Shown: positions 1 to 13,145, counted from the stretch's first letter. The stretch: DNA of 64,000 nucleotides from Eledone cirrhosa (GCA_964016885.1 OZ024758.1:26722001-26786000); one strand, 5' to 3'. Numbers and translations: made by a program. The notes: a model not told the origin generated them from the letters alone.

Positions 1-423
1 GACCACTCAAGAAACTCTACATATCAAGTATTACTCTGGCTTCCACCAGTATTCTCCGATCTATATGCTAAGAGTAGGTACGTTCTCGTCAAACCTATCC
101 ACCTTTCCTTAAATTCACTGGATAGCAGCTCATTGCTTTCCTAGTGAAACTAACGAGGGCTCGTCTTTAGCCCTTTTAATCTTGTCCATCGTGCAATCTG
201 TTTCACCATGACTTCCTGACATGGGAAACTTGCCTGTATTTCCAGTACAATGTAAGGCAGCAATGGGCTCGGCTCATTACTGCTCTTATAAATTATTCCT
301 TCGGTTAGTCTATTGCAGTCATGGGAAAAACTGCAGCTCGTCGTATTCTCTAATTGGCACGCTTAATTAAAAATTACCTTGAATGATTTTAGTAGTGCAG
401 CCCTCGTTCTGATGAGCCATATC

Positions 424-568
424 GAGACCTGTCTACTCTCCCCGTCGGACGAGGAGATCTCCTGCCCACTTTGACGTGGTTGCAAATGGGTATAGCTTTC
501 ATTATGTAAAATCTCCCCGTTTTGGGGCATTTTGGGGGGGAGGGGGGTTTTAGAGGTTGGCAGGTCTG
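424..568 (-). mobile_element. MITE with CAGACCTG(C/T) TIRs, same family as 44661-44857
   Basis: Ends gagacctgtc...gaggttggcaggtctg; internal ccgtcggacg and atagcttt..attatgtaaaatct shared in reverse with the 44661 copy. Confidence 0.65.
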
Positions 569-600
569 CATTTCTCATACGGCCCACTGCTCGTAAGGTT

Positions 601-810
601 GCCTATGCCTGGTCTGTCGCTTGCCCATGCCTGGTCTATCGCTTGCCCATGCCTGGTCTATCGCTTGCCCATGTCTGGTCTATCTCTTGCCCATGTCTGG
701 TCTATCTCTTGCCCATGTCTGGTCTATCGCTTGCCCATGCCTGGTCTATCTCTTACCCATGTCTGGTCTATCGCTTGCCCATGCCTGGTCTATCTCTTAC
801 CCATGCCTGG
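601..810. repeat. 22-bp minisatellite, ~9.5 units (gcccatgYctggtctatcKctt)
   Basis: Direct tandem periodicity. Confidence 0.95.
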
Positions 811-1119
811 CCTTTATACTGATCACACACCACGCTGCCATACATAAATGTAAGTTTTGTGTTTAAATTACGATTGGTATTTTGGTTTTGACGTAAAATT
901 GTAATGACAGGAATTACAATGTAGATATTAGTGAAGAAGCCAAGCTTGACTGGAAGTCACAGTTTTTGTGTTGATGTTTGCATTCATTATAATGCAGTGT
1001 CCTATAGAGAAGGAGCTTGTTGAGTATCTCTTGTGGTGCGTATGATATAATTGATTTATCTCATCAACAGAAAGTAAAATAGACAATGGGTATGTGTGTT
1101 TGAAATGTGATGTCGTGTA

Positions 1120-1667
1120 TGTGTGAGAGAGAGAGAGAGAGAGCGTGTGTGTTTAAGTGAGAGAGAGAGAGAGTGTGTGTGTGTGTGAGTGAGAGAGAGA
1201 GATAGTGTGTGTGTGAGAGAGAGAGTAAGTGTGTGTGAGAGAGAGAGAGAGTGTGTGTGAGAGAGAGAGAGAGACAGAGAAAGAGCGTGTGTGTGTGTGA
1301 GAGAGACAGACAGAGAAAGAGCGTGTGTGTGTGTGAGAAAGAGAGAGAGAGGGAGAGAGTGTGTGAGAGAGACAGAGAAAGAGCGTGTGTGTGTGAGATA
1401 GAGAGAGAGGGGGAGAGAGCTATGTGTGTGTGAGATAGAGAGAGAGAGTGTGTGTGTGTGAGACACAGAAAGAGTGTGTGTGAGAGAGAGAGTGAGTGTG
1501 TGTGAGATAGAGAGAGAGGGGGAGAGAGCGTATGTGTGTGTGAGATAGAGAGAGAGGGAGAGAGAGTTTGTGTGTGTGAGAGAGAGACAGAGAAAGAGCG
1601 TATGTGTGTGTGAGATAGAGAGAGAGGGAGAGAGTTTGTGTGTCTGTGAGAGAGAGGGGGAGAGAGC

Positions 1668-1705
<38 letters not shown>

Positions 1706-1863
1706 CAGACACAGAAAGAGTGTGTGTGTGTGTGTGTGAGAGAGAGAGTGAGTGTGTGTGAGATAGAGAGATAGAGGGGGAGAGAGCGTATGTGTGTGTG
1801 AGATAGAGAGAGAGAGGGAGAGAGTTTGTGTGTGTGTGTGTGAGACACAGAGAGAGAGAGAGA
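1120..1863. repeat. Compound (GT)n/(GA)n microsatellite
   Basis: Visible dinucleotide tracts; source of the S/L/H/T-rich spurious ORFs. Confidence 0.95.
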
Positions 1864-2387
1864 TTAAAATTTCGAACAATGATAGCTGGCCAAATATGAA
1901 GTGCATCTCAGAATGTACAACACGACATATATGCCATTTAATTCACTGAATCTTTTCATAAACGATGGGAAAGAGTTTTCATGTCAAAGGTAGTGTAACC
2001 ATTGAAGCACTGTAATCAGTTGTTGCCAATTTTGATCGATATATGTAGATAGACTTATATGTACAAAACTTAAATTATACAGTACTTTCTAGAATTAATC
2101 TCACAACTTGCTAAGCGACTGAGTTCAATACTCCCCCTAGGACAGGACGCTAGTCTATTGTAGGATTAATTTCTCATCTGTTGCTGGTACTCATTTTCAG
2201 TTGTGTTGACTGGAACAACTCAGGGAGAGAGAGAGAGAGAGAGAGAGATCTATGTTCTTACATTAAGGCGGCGAATTGGCGATGTCGTTAAACATCGGAT
2301 AGAATACTTTGCGGTAATTTATTCCTGCTGAGGTTGATAGAAAAAATACTAATCTATTACTGGAGTCGATTCTTCCTCTCTCTTTCA

Positions 2388-2448
<61 letters not shown>

Positions 2449-2450
<2 letters not shown>

Positions 2451-3483
2451 ACTCGTCTCACTCACCGAGCTGCAATCCTGGGTCAAGCAAAGACCGAGAA
2501 AACTGGGCGCCTGGCACACTGAGTGTGCCCAGGCGCTCACCGCCCTCTGGCAGGCGGATCCGGTTATCAGTGGAGACTCCACCGCAACATTCTATAGAGG
2601 GCTGGTACGCAGCAGGTGCGACGACGCCCTCGGAGAAGCCCTAGACATGGAGGAGGACGAACTGGCCAGCCTGTTCGGTAGGACATTCAGCCCGGGACCT
2701 ATGGACAACTTCCAGAAGTCCCTGGCCTGGCAGTGCTACCGAGGGGCTCGAGTAAAGCTCTACAGACACGGCGCCCGGGTAGGGACCCCGCCAAAAAGAT
2801 CTGTCCCAGATGCGTGTGCGACGAGGAAACCGTTGCACACGCATTGGTACACTGCTCGGGCGTAGCCGATCTGTGGGGCTATGTCGAACAACTGCTGTCA
2901 AGGGTGGGACCGATCCGGTTGACCACCGAGTCTATTGTAATGATCAAGCCGCCTCCCCCCTTCAAAGATGAAGGAGAGGCGGTGTTTCTGTGCGTAAAAG
3001 CCATGGTGAAAGAAGTTGTATGGTGGACGCGTCTGAAAGGACTGAGGTCAGGCACCTTTCTCTCTGGCCAACAACTGGTCCGTTTCTTCCGATATCATTT
3101 CGGAAGAAGGATCAGGATGGAGAGAGAGGTGCTCCACCCCAGTCGTTTTTATGAAAGGTGGGTGAAAGTGGCGAGAATGGCCCGTGTGAATGGGCCTTCT
3201 CTTTACATAAACCTGTAGGTGGAAAAGAGGAAGGAACGAGGGAGCACCCCCTCTCTGTGCTCCTGAGGAGAAGGGTTGCACACTTTTTTCGGGAGTGTGT
3301 GCGACCCCCCAAGGCGCCTCCTCTCTATTGAGGATTTTGTTATAAATTTTATTTTTTGTTATATTTTATTTTATTTTTATATTTTGTTATTGCCTCCTCC
3401 TTATTGAGGAGGACGCCTTGTTTTGTAAACTCCCCCCATTGTACTTGTCCCACTTTTGATGCCCTGGTGGCAAATAAAAGAAA

Positions 3484-3485
<2 letters not shown>
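2449..3485 (+). mobile_element. 5'-truncated L1/Tx1-clade LINE (ORF2 C-terminus with zf-RVT-type zinc finger, plus 3' UTR) inside a (TC)n tract
   Basis: Open frame from 2449 through KSLAWQCYRGA..KLYRHG, frameshift near 2790, then CPRCVCDEETVAHALVHC..LW..VEQLLSR, stop at 3218. AATAAA at 3473; (TC)n on both sides. Confidence 0.85.
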
Positions 3486-3559
<74 letters not shown>

Positions 3560-3563
<4 letters not shown>

Positions 3564-3678
3564 ATAGTTTATTGTTATTTATTAATGTTAAAGTTATTTT
3601 TATGTAAAACCCCCGCCGTCACGTCTTGTAATGTCCCATTTTTGTACGCCCCTGTGACAAATAAAGAAAGATATATCT
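3560..3678 (+). mobile_element. Second 3'-terminal fragment of a related LINE, again abutting (TC)n
   Basis: tgtaaaaccccc...gtcccattttt...gcccctgtgacaaataaag resembles the 3' end at 3424-3485. Confidence 0.6.
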
Positions 3679-3681
3679 CTC

Positions 3682-3736
<55 letters not shown>

Positions 3737-3906
3737 CTCTCTCTCTCTCTCTGGTAAATGAAATAATTATCTTATGTTGTTTATTAGATAACTAAAAAGC
3801 TCTGTAGCCTACATAGAGCACTCTCTTTTCCTTTACCTTTCCTACGGAAATACTTTATATATATATATATATATTAATGAGTTGATGGACCCAGCATATT
3901 TATCAG

Positions 3907-3985
<79 letters not shown>

Positions 3986-4067
3986 CCTTTAAAAGAAATC
4001 TGCTGTGTTCAGACGTAGAGAGAGCTGGGCTCCGCCAGGCTTAAACTGCGCAAGAAACGCCATTTTC

Positions 4068-4272
4068 CACTACAGCACCACTACAACACCTTCAAGAGTT
4101 ACGAGACCAGGCCCTACCGCCACTACAGCACCCCTACAACACCTTCAAGAGTTACGAGACCAGGCCCTACCGCCACTACAGCACCCCTACAACACCTTCA
4201 AGAGTTACGAGACCAGGCCATACCGCCACTACACCACCCCTACAACACCTTCAAGAGTTACGAGACCAGGCC
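4068..4272. repeat. 53-bp minisatellite, ~4 units, inside an interspersed repeat related to 48880-48995
   Basis: Unit cactacagcacccctacaacaccttcaagagttacgagaccaggccctaccgc. Upstream ctgtgttcagac..gggctccgccagg recurs inverted near 48955-48992. Confidence 0.85.
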
Positions 4273-4403
4273 ATTCCAATACTTACATTATACATGTCAG
4301 ATTTTTTACATTATGATATTTATTGGGGAATGCTTGTTTCATTGTCGAACTTGTCTTACACTTAGGCAGACATAAGCACACGAACATCCACGTTCACCAG
4401 GCC

Positions 4404-5206
4404 TTGACCCTTTAATGTTCAAACCGGCCAGAATTCTCTACCTCTTTCTGTTGAAACTGGCTGTAACTGGTCACTCAAACTGATGTTAAGGTATTCGTTC
4501 TCAAAATAAATCCTTTCAAAATCTCATAGATTTGATATTATGTGAGGCAAAGCGTTTACCATGAAAATATAATTGTTTCTACTTTAGGCACAAGGCCAGC
4601 AATTACCCAGTGCATTACTGGTACTTTATTTCATCGACCCCGTAAGGATGAAAGGCAAAGTCAACCTGGACGGGATTTGAACTCAGATCGTAAAGGGACG
4701 TAACTATGCTGGAAAGCATGGCGTCCGACCCTCTACCGATACTGCCAATCCATGAAAATATAATTGTTTCTACTTTTTTGGCACAGGGCCAGCAATTACC
4801 CCAGTGCATTACTGGTACTTTATTTTATCGACCCCGTAAGGATGAAAGGCAAAGTTAACCTCGGCGGGATTTGAACTCAGAATGGCAAGAGCCGTAACTC
4901 TATGCGTCAAAGCATGGTGTCCGACCCTCTACCGATACTGCCAATCCATGAAAATATAATTGTTTCTACTTTAGGCACAAGGCCAGCAAATACCCAGTGC
5001 ATTACTGGTACTTTATTTTATCGACCCTGTAAGGATGAAAGGCAAAGTTAACCTCGGCGGGATTTGAACTCAGAATGGCAAGAGCCGTAACTCTATGCGT
5101 CAAAGCATGGCGTCCGACCCTCTACCGACACTACCAGTCCACCGCCAATCCATGAAAATATAATAGTATATATATATATATAGTAATGTGAATGCTAAAG
5201 GGTTAA
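4404..5206. mobile_element. TTAA|CCCTTT-ended piggyBac-type MITE containing three nested SINEs
   Basis: Ends ttgacccttt...aaagggttaa; body matches the copy at 23196-23473. Confidence 0.75.
4572..5150 (-). mobile_element. Three head-to-tail tRNA-derived SINE copies (family A)
   Basis: Minus strand has A-box-like tggcagtatcggtag, B-box gagttcaaatcc and body gcctttcatccttacggggtcgataaaataaagtaccag. Other family A copies: ~24855-25080, 26040-26210, 34655-34860, 36884-37265, 37863-38045, 49020-49150, 50853-51195, 59510-59660, 62243-62662, 63690-63908. Confidence 0.85.
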
Positions 5207-6113
5207 TTGTTTAAAAACTATCTGAATACTTTGGCTAATGTTCCAACTTCCCCCACGCCTCTCTCTCTATAAAATTTACGTGTGGGTGGCTTCGGTGTGA
5301 GTCTGTAGCATTTCTTAAATTTCTGATCATTTTCAAAATAACTTGTTTCATTTGCAATGGTTGCAATTTCTGTCTCATTTACGCAAATGCCGTACACTGG
5401 AACATCTTGTTAGTGTCATACGTAGATCTGGATTAATATGAATTGTGTCAAACCTATGTAGTGGTTTACCCTAGTTTTATTTATTCTTTTATTATTATTA
5501 TTTTTTTTTTTTTTTTTTAAAAACAACCTCCCCGCCACCTTTCTCTTCTTTCTTTCATTATAATTCCTTCCTGTCTTTTCTGTCTTTCTCTCTATCTGCG
5601 GAGGTGTGTAGAAGTCAATTTTTTTTTATCTTTTAACAACATCAAAGGGTTCCGGCTCCTTATGAAGGTGTACAGAAGTTAATTTTATATCCTAATAACA
5701 TCAAAGAACGCCGGCTCCTGTCTGTAGGAGTTTTTTTTTTTTTTTATATAGCTTACTTGTTATCGTTGTTGTTGTTGTTTCTAGCTTTGGCGTCTGAAAT
5801 GGCTTTTGTTAATTCAGACCTCTTTGATGTTCAAAGGTAGAAAAGTTACGTTGTTGTCGGAAAACTTATCATGACTTACCGGGACAGTCATTACAGTTGC
5901 CTTGTGTGTTAGACTGGGTATGTTTAGATAGGGTGTAGCTTGCTTAATCTGTGTGTATGGATCTCATTTGACATCGTATTGAAATGTCCTCGTACTTACA
6001 CTGTCTAATGTGCTAGTGTTTGTTGTGTACACACATATATATACATACATACACACACATATATACATACACACACGCATATATATATATACATACACAC
6101 ACACACATATATA

Positions 6114-6320
6114 TAACAAAGGAATTGTGGTAAGGAACCAGATGGACCATAACGCACCAGAGTACTCAATACTTAGGGTAGTAGAGTGGGAAATAGGAAA
6201 AAGTATGACCCCCGACGGCAGAGCTCAAGCCGTTTCGACGGCTATTTCTGGACAATAATAGTCCAGAAATAGCCGTCGAAATGGCTTGAGCTCTGCCGTC
6301 GGGGTCCTACTTTTTCCTAA
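6114..6320. mobile_element. (TA)n-embedded fold-back element, family F1 copy 1
   Basis: Arms ~6194-6253 and 6261-6319 are reverse complements; one-sided tail 6114-6193 contains gtactcaatac. Homologues at 38657, 43340 and 57426. Confidence 0.85.
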
Positions 6321-6339
6321 TATATATATATATATATAT

Positions 6340-6415
6340 ATGTAAAGGGTAAACAGAAATAACAACACAATCGGTACAGTATATGGAAGGTATATATATT
6401 AGGTTAACGTGTGTA

Positions 6416-6458
<43 letters not shown>

Positions 6459-6712
6459 AGGCAACACGATAAAAACCTCCCAGACCCACACTGTAAATGT
6501 GGTTGGTGTTAGGAAGGGCATCCAACTGTAGAAAACCTGCCAGACAGTCCTATGCGAGCAAGAAAATCACTCTTGCCTCAAGTGGGACTACCCCCGTCCA
6601 AACCCATGCAAGCATGAAACACGGACGTTAAACGTTGATGATGATGATGATGATGATGTGTGTGTGTATATATGTAAATGTATGTATGTGCCTATATATA
6701 TATATATATATA

Positions 6713-6772
<60 letters not shown>

Positions 6773-6851
6773 AAAGGTAAACAGAAATAACAACACAATC
6801 GGTACAGTATATGGAAGGTATATATATTAGGTTAACGTGTGTATGTGTGTG

Positions 6852-6884
<33 letters not shown>

Positions 6885-6905
6885 ATATGTAAATGTATGT
6901 ATGTG

Positions 6906-6947
<42 letters not shown>

Positions 6948-7026
6948 AAAGGTAAACAGAAATAACAACACAATCGGTACAGTATATGGAAGGTATATAT
7001 ATTAGGTTAACGTGTGTATGTGTGTG

Positions 7027-7059
<33 letters not shown>

Positions 7060-7080
7060 ATATGTAAATGTATGTATGTG

Positions 7081-7122
<42 letters not shown>

Positions 7123-7193
7123 AAAGGTAAACAGAAATAACAACACAATCGGTACAGTATATGGAAGGTATATATATTAGGTTAACGTGTGTA

Positions 7194-7244
<51 letters not shown>

Positions 7245-7290
7245 ATATGTAAATGTATGTATGTGCCTATATATATATATATATATATAG
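6340..7290. repeat. ~175-bp compound tandem repeat (gtaaaaggtaaacagaaataacaacacaatcggtacag... plus (TA)n/(TG)n), ~4 units; first unit interrupted by a SINE tail at ~6455-6660
   Basis: Same 70-bp core at ~6342, 6770, 6945 and 7120. Confidence 0.85.
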
Positions 7291-7578
7291 CAACTTATAA
7301 ATAGATTTGTCACTATTTTTTTTAACCTGTTAAAACTTATTTTATGATTGTGGTGGTGGTTTCTAACCTTGAATGGAGGGACTGGTTTGTTGAGTCTAAT
7401 ACATCCAGCACCAGGACCCCAAGCTGTGGTTCCACACCTGTCTCGTACCAGGCCCCAAAACTGTAACTATGTTGTGAGATGGGTTAGGCCCATCCTATCG
7501 GTGCCATCCAATACGGGGCTCCAAAATTATGGTTTCGATGTGAGACGGTTTCGCCGCAGCCAACTGGGCTCTCACTCC

Positions 7579-10500
7579 TCATAATTGTGCCATCCAGTTC
7601 CACACTGTAAACGTGGTTGGTGTTAGGAAGGGCATCCATCTGTAAAATAACCGACTAGATTTACAGGCCTCGTCGGAGTAAGGTACGGCGTCGCCAACTG
7701 GCTTGTCCCTCCTCATAACAGGGCCAACCAGTTCCACACTGTAAATGTGGTTGGTGTTAGGAAGGGCATCCATCTGTAAAATAACCGACTAGATTTACAG
7801 GCCTCGTCGGAGTAAGGTACGGCGTCGCCAACTGGCCTGTCCCTCCTCATAACAGGGCCAACCAGTTCCACTCTGTAAATGTGGTTGGTGTTAGGAAGGG
7901 CATCCATCTGTAAAATAACCGACTAGATTTACAGGCCTCGTCGGAGTAAGGTACGGCGTCGCCAACTGGCCTGTCCCTCCTCATAACAGGGCCAACCAGT
8001 TCCACACTGTAAATGTGGTTGGTGTTAGGAAGGGCATCCATCTGTAAAATAACCGACTAGATTTACAGGCCTCGTTGGAGTAAGGTACGGCGTCGCCAAC
8101 TGGCCTGTCCCTCCTCATAACAGGGCCATCCAGTTCCACACTGTAAATGTGGTTGGTGTTAGGAAGGGCATCCATCTGTAAAATAACCGACTAGATTTAC
8201 AGGCCTCGTCGGAGTAAGGTACGGCGTCGCCAACTGGCTTGTCCCTCCTCATAACAGGGCCATCCAGTTCCACACTGTAAATGTGGTTGGTGTTAGGAAG
8301 GGCATCCATCTGTAAAATAACCGACTAGATTTACAGGCCTCGTCGGAGTAAGGTACGGCGTCGCCAACTGGCTTGTCCCTCCTCATAACAGGGCCATCCA
8401 GTTCCACACTGTAAATGTGGTTGGTGTTAGGAAGGGCATCCATCTGTAAAATAACCGACTAGATTTACAGGCCTCGTCGGAGTAAGGTACGGCGTCGCCA
8501 ACTGGCCTGTCCCTCCTCATAACAGGGCCATCCAGTTCCACACTGTAAATGTGGTTGGTGTTAGGAAGGGCATCCATCTGTAAAATAACCGACTAGATTT
8601 ACAGGCCTCGTCGGAGTAAGGTACGGCGTCGCCAACTGGCCTGTCCCTCCTCATAACAGGGCCAACCAGTTCCACACTGTAAATGTGGTTGGTGTTAGGA
8701 AGGGCATCCATCTGTAAAATAACCGACTAGATTTACAGGCCTCGTCGGAGTAAGGTACGGCGTCGCCAACTGGCCTGTCCCTCCTCATAACAGGGCCAAC
8801 CAGTTCCACACTGTAAATGTGGTTGGTGTTAGGAAGGGCATCCAGCTGTAAAATAACCGACTAGATTTACAGGCCTCGTCGGAGTAAGGTACGGCGTCGC
8901 CAACTGGCCTGTCCCTCCTCATAACAGGGCCATCCAGTTCCACACTGTAAATGTGGTTGGTGTTAGGAAGGGCATCCAGCTGTAAAATAACCGACTAGAT
9001 TTACAGGCCTCGTCGGAGTAAGGTACGGCGTCGCCAACTGGCCTGTCCCTCCTCATAACAGGGCCATCCAGTTCCACACTGTAAATGTGGTTGGTGTTAG
9101 GAAGGGCATCCAGCTGTAAAATAACCGACTAGATTTACAGGCCTCGTTGGAGTAAGGTACGGCGTCGCCAACTGGCTTGTCCCTCCTCATAACAGGGCCA
9201 TCCAGTTCCACACTGTAAATGTGGTTGGTGTTAGGAAGGGCATCCATCTGTAAAATAACCGACTAGATTTACAGGCCTCGTCGGAGTAAGGTACGGCGTC
9301 GCCAACTGGCCTGTCCCTCCTCATAACAGGGCCATCCAGTTCCACTCTGTAAATGTGGTTGGTGTTAGGAAGGGCATCCATCTGTAAAATAACCGACTAG
9401 ATTTACAGGCCTCGTCGGAGTAAGGTACGGCGTCGCCAACTGGCCTGTCCCTCCTCATAACAGGGCCATCCAGTTCCACTCTGTAAATGTGGTTGGTGTT
9501 AGGAAGGGCATCCATCTGTAAAATAACCGACTAGATTTACAGGCCTCGTCGGAGTAAGGTACGGCGTCGCCAACTGGCCTGTCCCTCCTCATAACAGGGC
9601 CATCCAGTTCCACTCTGTAAATGTGGTTGGTGTTAGGAAGGGCATCCATCTGTAAAATAACCGACTAGATTTACAGGCCTCGTCGGAGTAAGGTACGGCG
9701 TCGCCAACTGGCCTGTCCCTCCTCATAACAGGGCCATCCAGTTCCACTCTGTAAATGTGGTTGGTGTTAGGAAGGGCATCCATCTGTAAAATAACCGACT
9801 AGATTTACAGGCCTCGTCGGAGTAAGGTACGGCGTCGCCAACTGGCTTGTCACTCCTCATAACAGGGCCATCCAGTTCCACACTGTAAATGTGGTTGGTG
9901 TTAGGAAGGGCATCCATCTGTAAAATAACCGACTAGATTTACAGGCCTCGTCGGAGTAAGGTACGGCGTCGCCAACTGGCCTGTCCCTCCTCATAACAGG
10001 GCCATCCAGTTCCACACTGTAAATGTGGTTGGTGTTAGGAAGGGCATCCATCTGTAAAATAACCGACTAGATTTACAGGCCTCGTCGGAGTAAGGTACGG
10101 CGTCGCCAACTGGCCTGTCACTCCTCATAACAGGGCCAACCAGTTCCACACTGTAAATGTGGTTGGTGTTAGGAAGGGCATCCATCTGTAAAATACCCGA
10201 CTAGATTTACAGGCCTCGTCGGAGTAAGGTACGGCGTCGCCAACTGGCCTGTCCCTCCTCATAACAGGGCCAACCAGTTCCACACTGTAAATGTGGTTGG
10301 TGTTAGGAAGGGCATCCAGCTGTAAAATACCCGACTAGATTTACAGGCCTCGTCGGAGTAAGGTACGGCGTCGCCAACTGGCCTGTCCCTCCTCATAACA
10401 GGGCCAACCAGTTCCACACTGTAAATGTGGTTGGTGTTAGGAAGGGCATCCAGCTGTAAAATACCCGACTAGATTTACAGGCCTCGTCGGAGTAAGGTAC

Positions 10501-13145
10501 GGCGTCGCCAACTGGCCTGTCCCTCCTCATAACAGGGCCAACCAGTTCCACACTGTAAATGTGGTTGGTGTTAGGAAGGGCATCCAGCTGTAAAATACCC
10601 GACTAGATTTACAGGCCTCGTCGGAGTAAGGTACGGCGTCGCCAACTGGCCTGTCCCTCCTCATAACAGGGCCAACCAGTTCCACACTGTAAATGTGGTT
10701 GGTGTTAGGAAGGGCATCCATCTGTAAAATACCCGACTAGATTTACAGGCCTCGTCGGAGTAAGGTACGGCGTCGCCAACTGGCCTGTCACTCCTCATAA
10801 TTGTGCCATCCAGTTCCACACTGTAAATGTGGTTGGTGTTAGGAAGGGCATCCATCTGTAAAATACCCGACTAGATTTACAGGCCTCGTCGGAGTAAGGT
10901 ACGGCGTCGCCAACTGGCTTGTCCCTCCTCATAACAGGGCCATCCAGTTCCACACTGTAAATGTGGTTGGTGTTAGGAAGGGCATCCATCTGTAAAATAC
11001 CCGACTAGATTTACAGGCTTCGTCGGAGTAAGGTACGGCGTCGCCAACTGGCTTGTCCCTCCTCATAACAGGGCCATCCAGTTCCACACTGTAAATGTGG
11101 TTGGTGTTAGGAAGGGCATCCATCTGTAAAATACCCGACTAGATTTACAGGCCTCGTCGGAGTAAGGTACGGCGTCGCCAACTGGCTTGTCCCTCCTCAT
11201 AACAGGGCCATCCAGTTCCACACTGTAAATGTGGTTGGTGTTAGGAAGGGCATCCATCTGTAAAATACCCGACTAGATTTACAGGCCTCGTCGGAGTAAG
11301 GTACGGCGTCGCCAACTGGCCTGTCACTCCTCATAATTGTGCCATCCAGTTCCACACTGTAAATGTGGTTGGTGTTAGGAAGGGCATCCATCTGTAAAAT
11401 ACCCGACTAGATTTACAGGCCTCGTCGGAGTAAGGTACGGCGTCGCCAACTGGCTTGTCCCTCCTCATAACAGGGCCATCCAGTTCCACTCTGTAAATGT
11501 GGTTGGTGTTAGGAAGGGCATCCATCTGTAAAATAACCGACTAGATTTACAGGCCTCGTCGGAGTAAGGTACGGCGTCGCCAACTGGCCTGTCACTCCTC
11601 ATAATTGTGCCATCCAGTTCCACACTGTAAATGTGGTTGGTGTTAGGAAGGGCATCCATCTGTAAAATAACCGACTAGATTTACAGGCCTCGTCGGAGTA
11701 AGGTACGGCGTCGCCAACTGGCTTGTCCCTCCTCATAACAGGGCCATCCAGTTCCACACTGTAAATGTGGTTGGTGTTAGGAAGGGCATCCATCTGTAAA
11801 ATAACCGACTAGATTTACAGGCCTCGTCGGAGTAAGGTACGGCGTCGCCAACTGGCCTGTCCCTCCTCATAACAGGGCCAACCAGTTCCACACTGTAAAT
11901 GTGGTTGGTGTTAGGAAGGGCATCCATCTGTAAAATACCCGACTAGATTTACAGGCCTCGTCGGAGTAAGGTACGGCGTCGCCAACTGGCCTGTCCCTCC
12001 TCATAACAGGGCCAACCAGTTCCACACTGTAAATGTGGTTGGTGTTAGGAAGGGCATCCATCTGTAAAATAACCGACTAGATTTACAGGCCTCGTCGGAG
12101 TAAGGTACGGCGTCGCCAACTGGCCTGTCCCTCCTCATAATTGTGCCATCCAGTTCCACACTGTAAATGTGGTTGGTGTTAGGAAGGGCATTCATCTGTA
12201 AAATAACCGACTAGATTTACAGGCCTCGTCGGAGTAAGGTACGGCGTCGCCAACTGGCCTGTCCCTCCTCATAACAGGGCCAACCAGTTCCACACTGTAA
12301 ATGTGGTTGGTGTTAGGAAGGGCATCCATCTGTAAAATACCCGACTAGATTTACAGGCCTCGTCGGAGTAAGGTACGGCGTCGCCAACTGGCTTGTCCCT
12401 CCTCATAACAGGGCCATCCAGTTCCACACTGTAAATGTGGTTGGTGTTAGGAAGGGCATCCATCTGTAAAATAACCGACTAGATTTACAGGCCTCGTCGG
12501 AGTAAGGTACGGCGTCGCCAACTGGCCTGTCCCTCCTCATAACAGGGCCAACCAGTTCCACACTGTAAATGTGGTTGGTGTTAGGAAGGGCATCCATCTG
12601 TAAAATACCCGACTAGATTTACAGGCCTCGTCGGAGTAAGGTACGGCGTCGCCAACTGGCCTGTCCCTCCTCATAACAGGGCCATCCAGTTCCACACTGT
12701 AAATGTGGTTGGTGTTAGGAAGGGCATCCATCTGTAAAATAACCGACTAGATTTACAGGCCTCGTCGGAGTAAGGTACGGCGTCGCCAACTGGCCTGTCC
12801 CTCCTCATAACAGGGCCAACCAGTTCCACACTGTAAATGTGGTTGGTGTTAGGAAGGGCATCCAGCTGTAAAATAACCGACTAGATTTACAGGCCTCGTC
12901 GGAGTAAGGTACGGCGTCGCCAACTGGCCTGTCCCTCCTCATAACAGGGCCATCCAGTTCCACACTGTAAATGTGGTTGGTGTTAGGAAGGGCATCCATC
13001 TGTAAAATAACCGACTAGATTTACAGGCCTCGTCGGAGTAAGGTACGGCGTCGCCAACTGGCCTGTCCCTCCTCATAACAGGGCCAACCAGTTCCACACT
13101 GTAAATGTGGTTGGTGTTAGGAAGGGCATCCAGCTGTAAAATACC
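7579..13145. repeat. 134-bp satellite, ~41 near-identical units, amplified inside a SINE-like element (+)
   Basis: 134-bp periodicity (ORF track repeats every 134 nt). Unit contains the SINE segment ccacactgtaaatgtggttggtgttaggaagggcatcca; the array runs out into a SINE 3' tail at 13145-13275. Confidence 0.97.

Noticed and set aside
405-432. ctgatgagccatatcgagac resembling a hammerhead core
   Set aside because: No stem II pairing, GAGA instead of GAAA, and the right half is a MITE terminus.
1056-1906. Long ORFs (218-280 aa), and the Y/I-rich ORFs elsewhere
   Set aside because: Translations of dinucleotide microsatellites.
5785-5836. Possible small exon (LASEMAFVNSDLFDVQ) after tttctAG
   Set aside because: Weak donor (GTAGAA) and no recognisable similarity to NLE1 or another protein.
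7650-7700. Hammerhead- or twister-like words in the satellite unit (minus strand tccgacgaggcc; cccttcctaacacc...ggaggg)
   Set aside because: No CUGANGA or GAAA pair and no twister P4/pseudoknot motif could be built.
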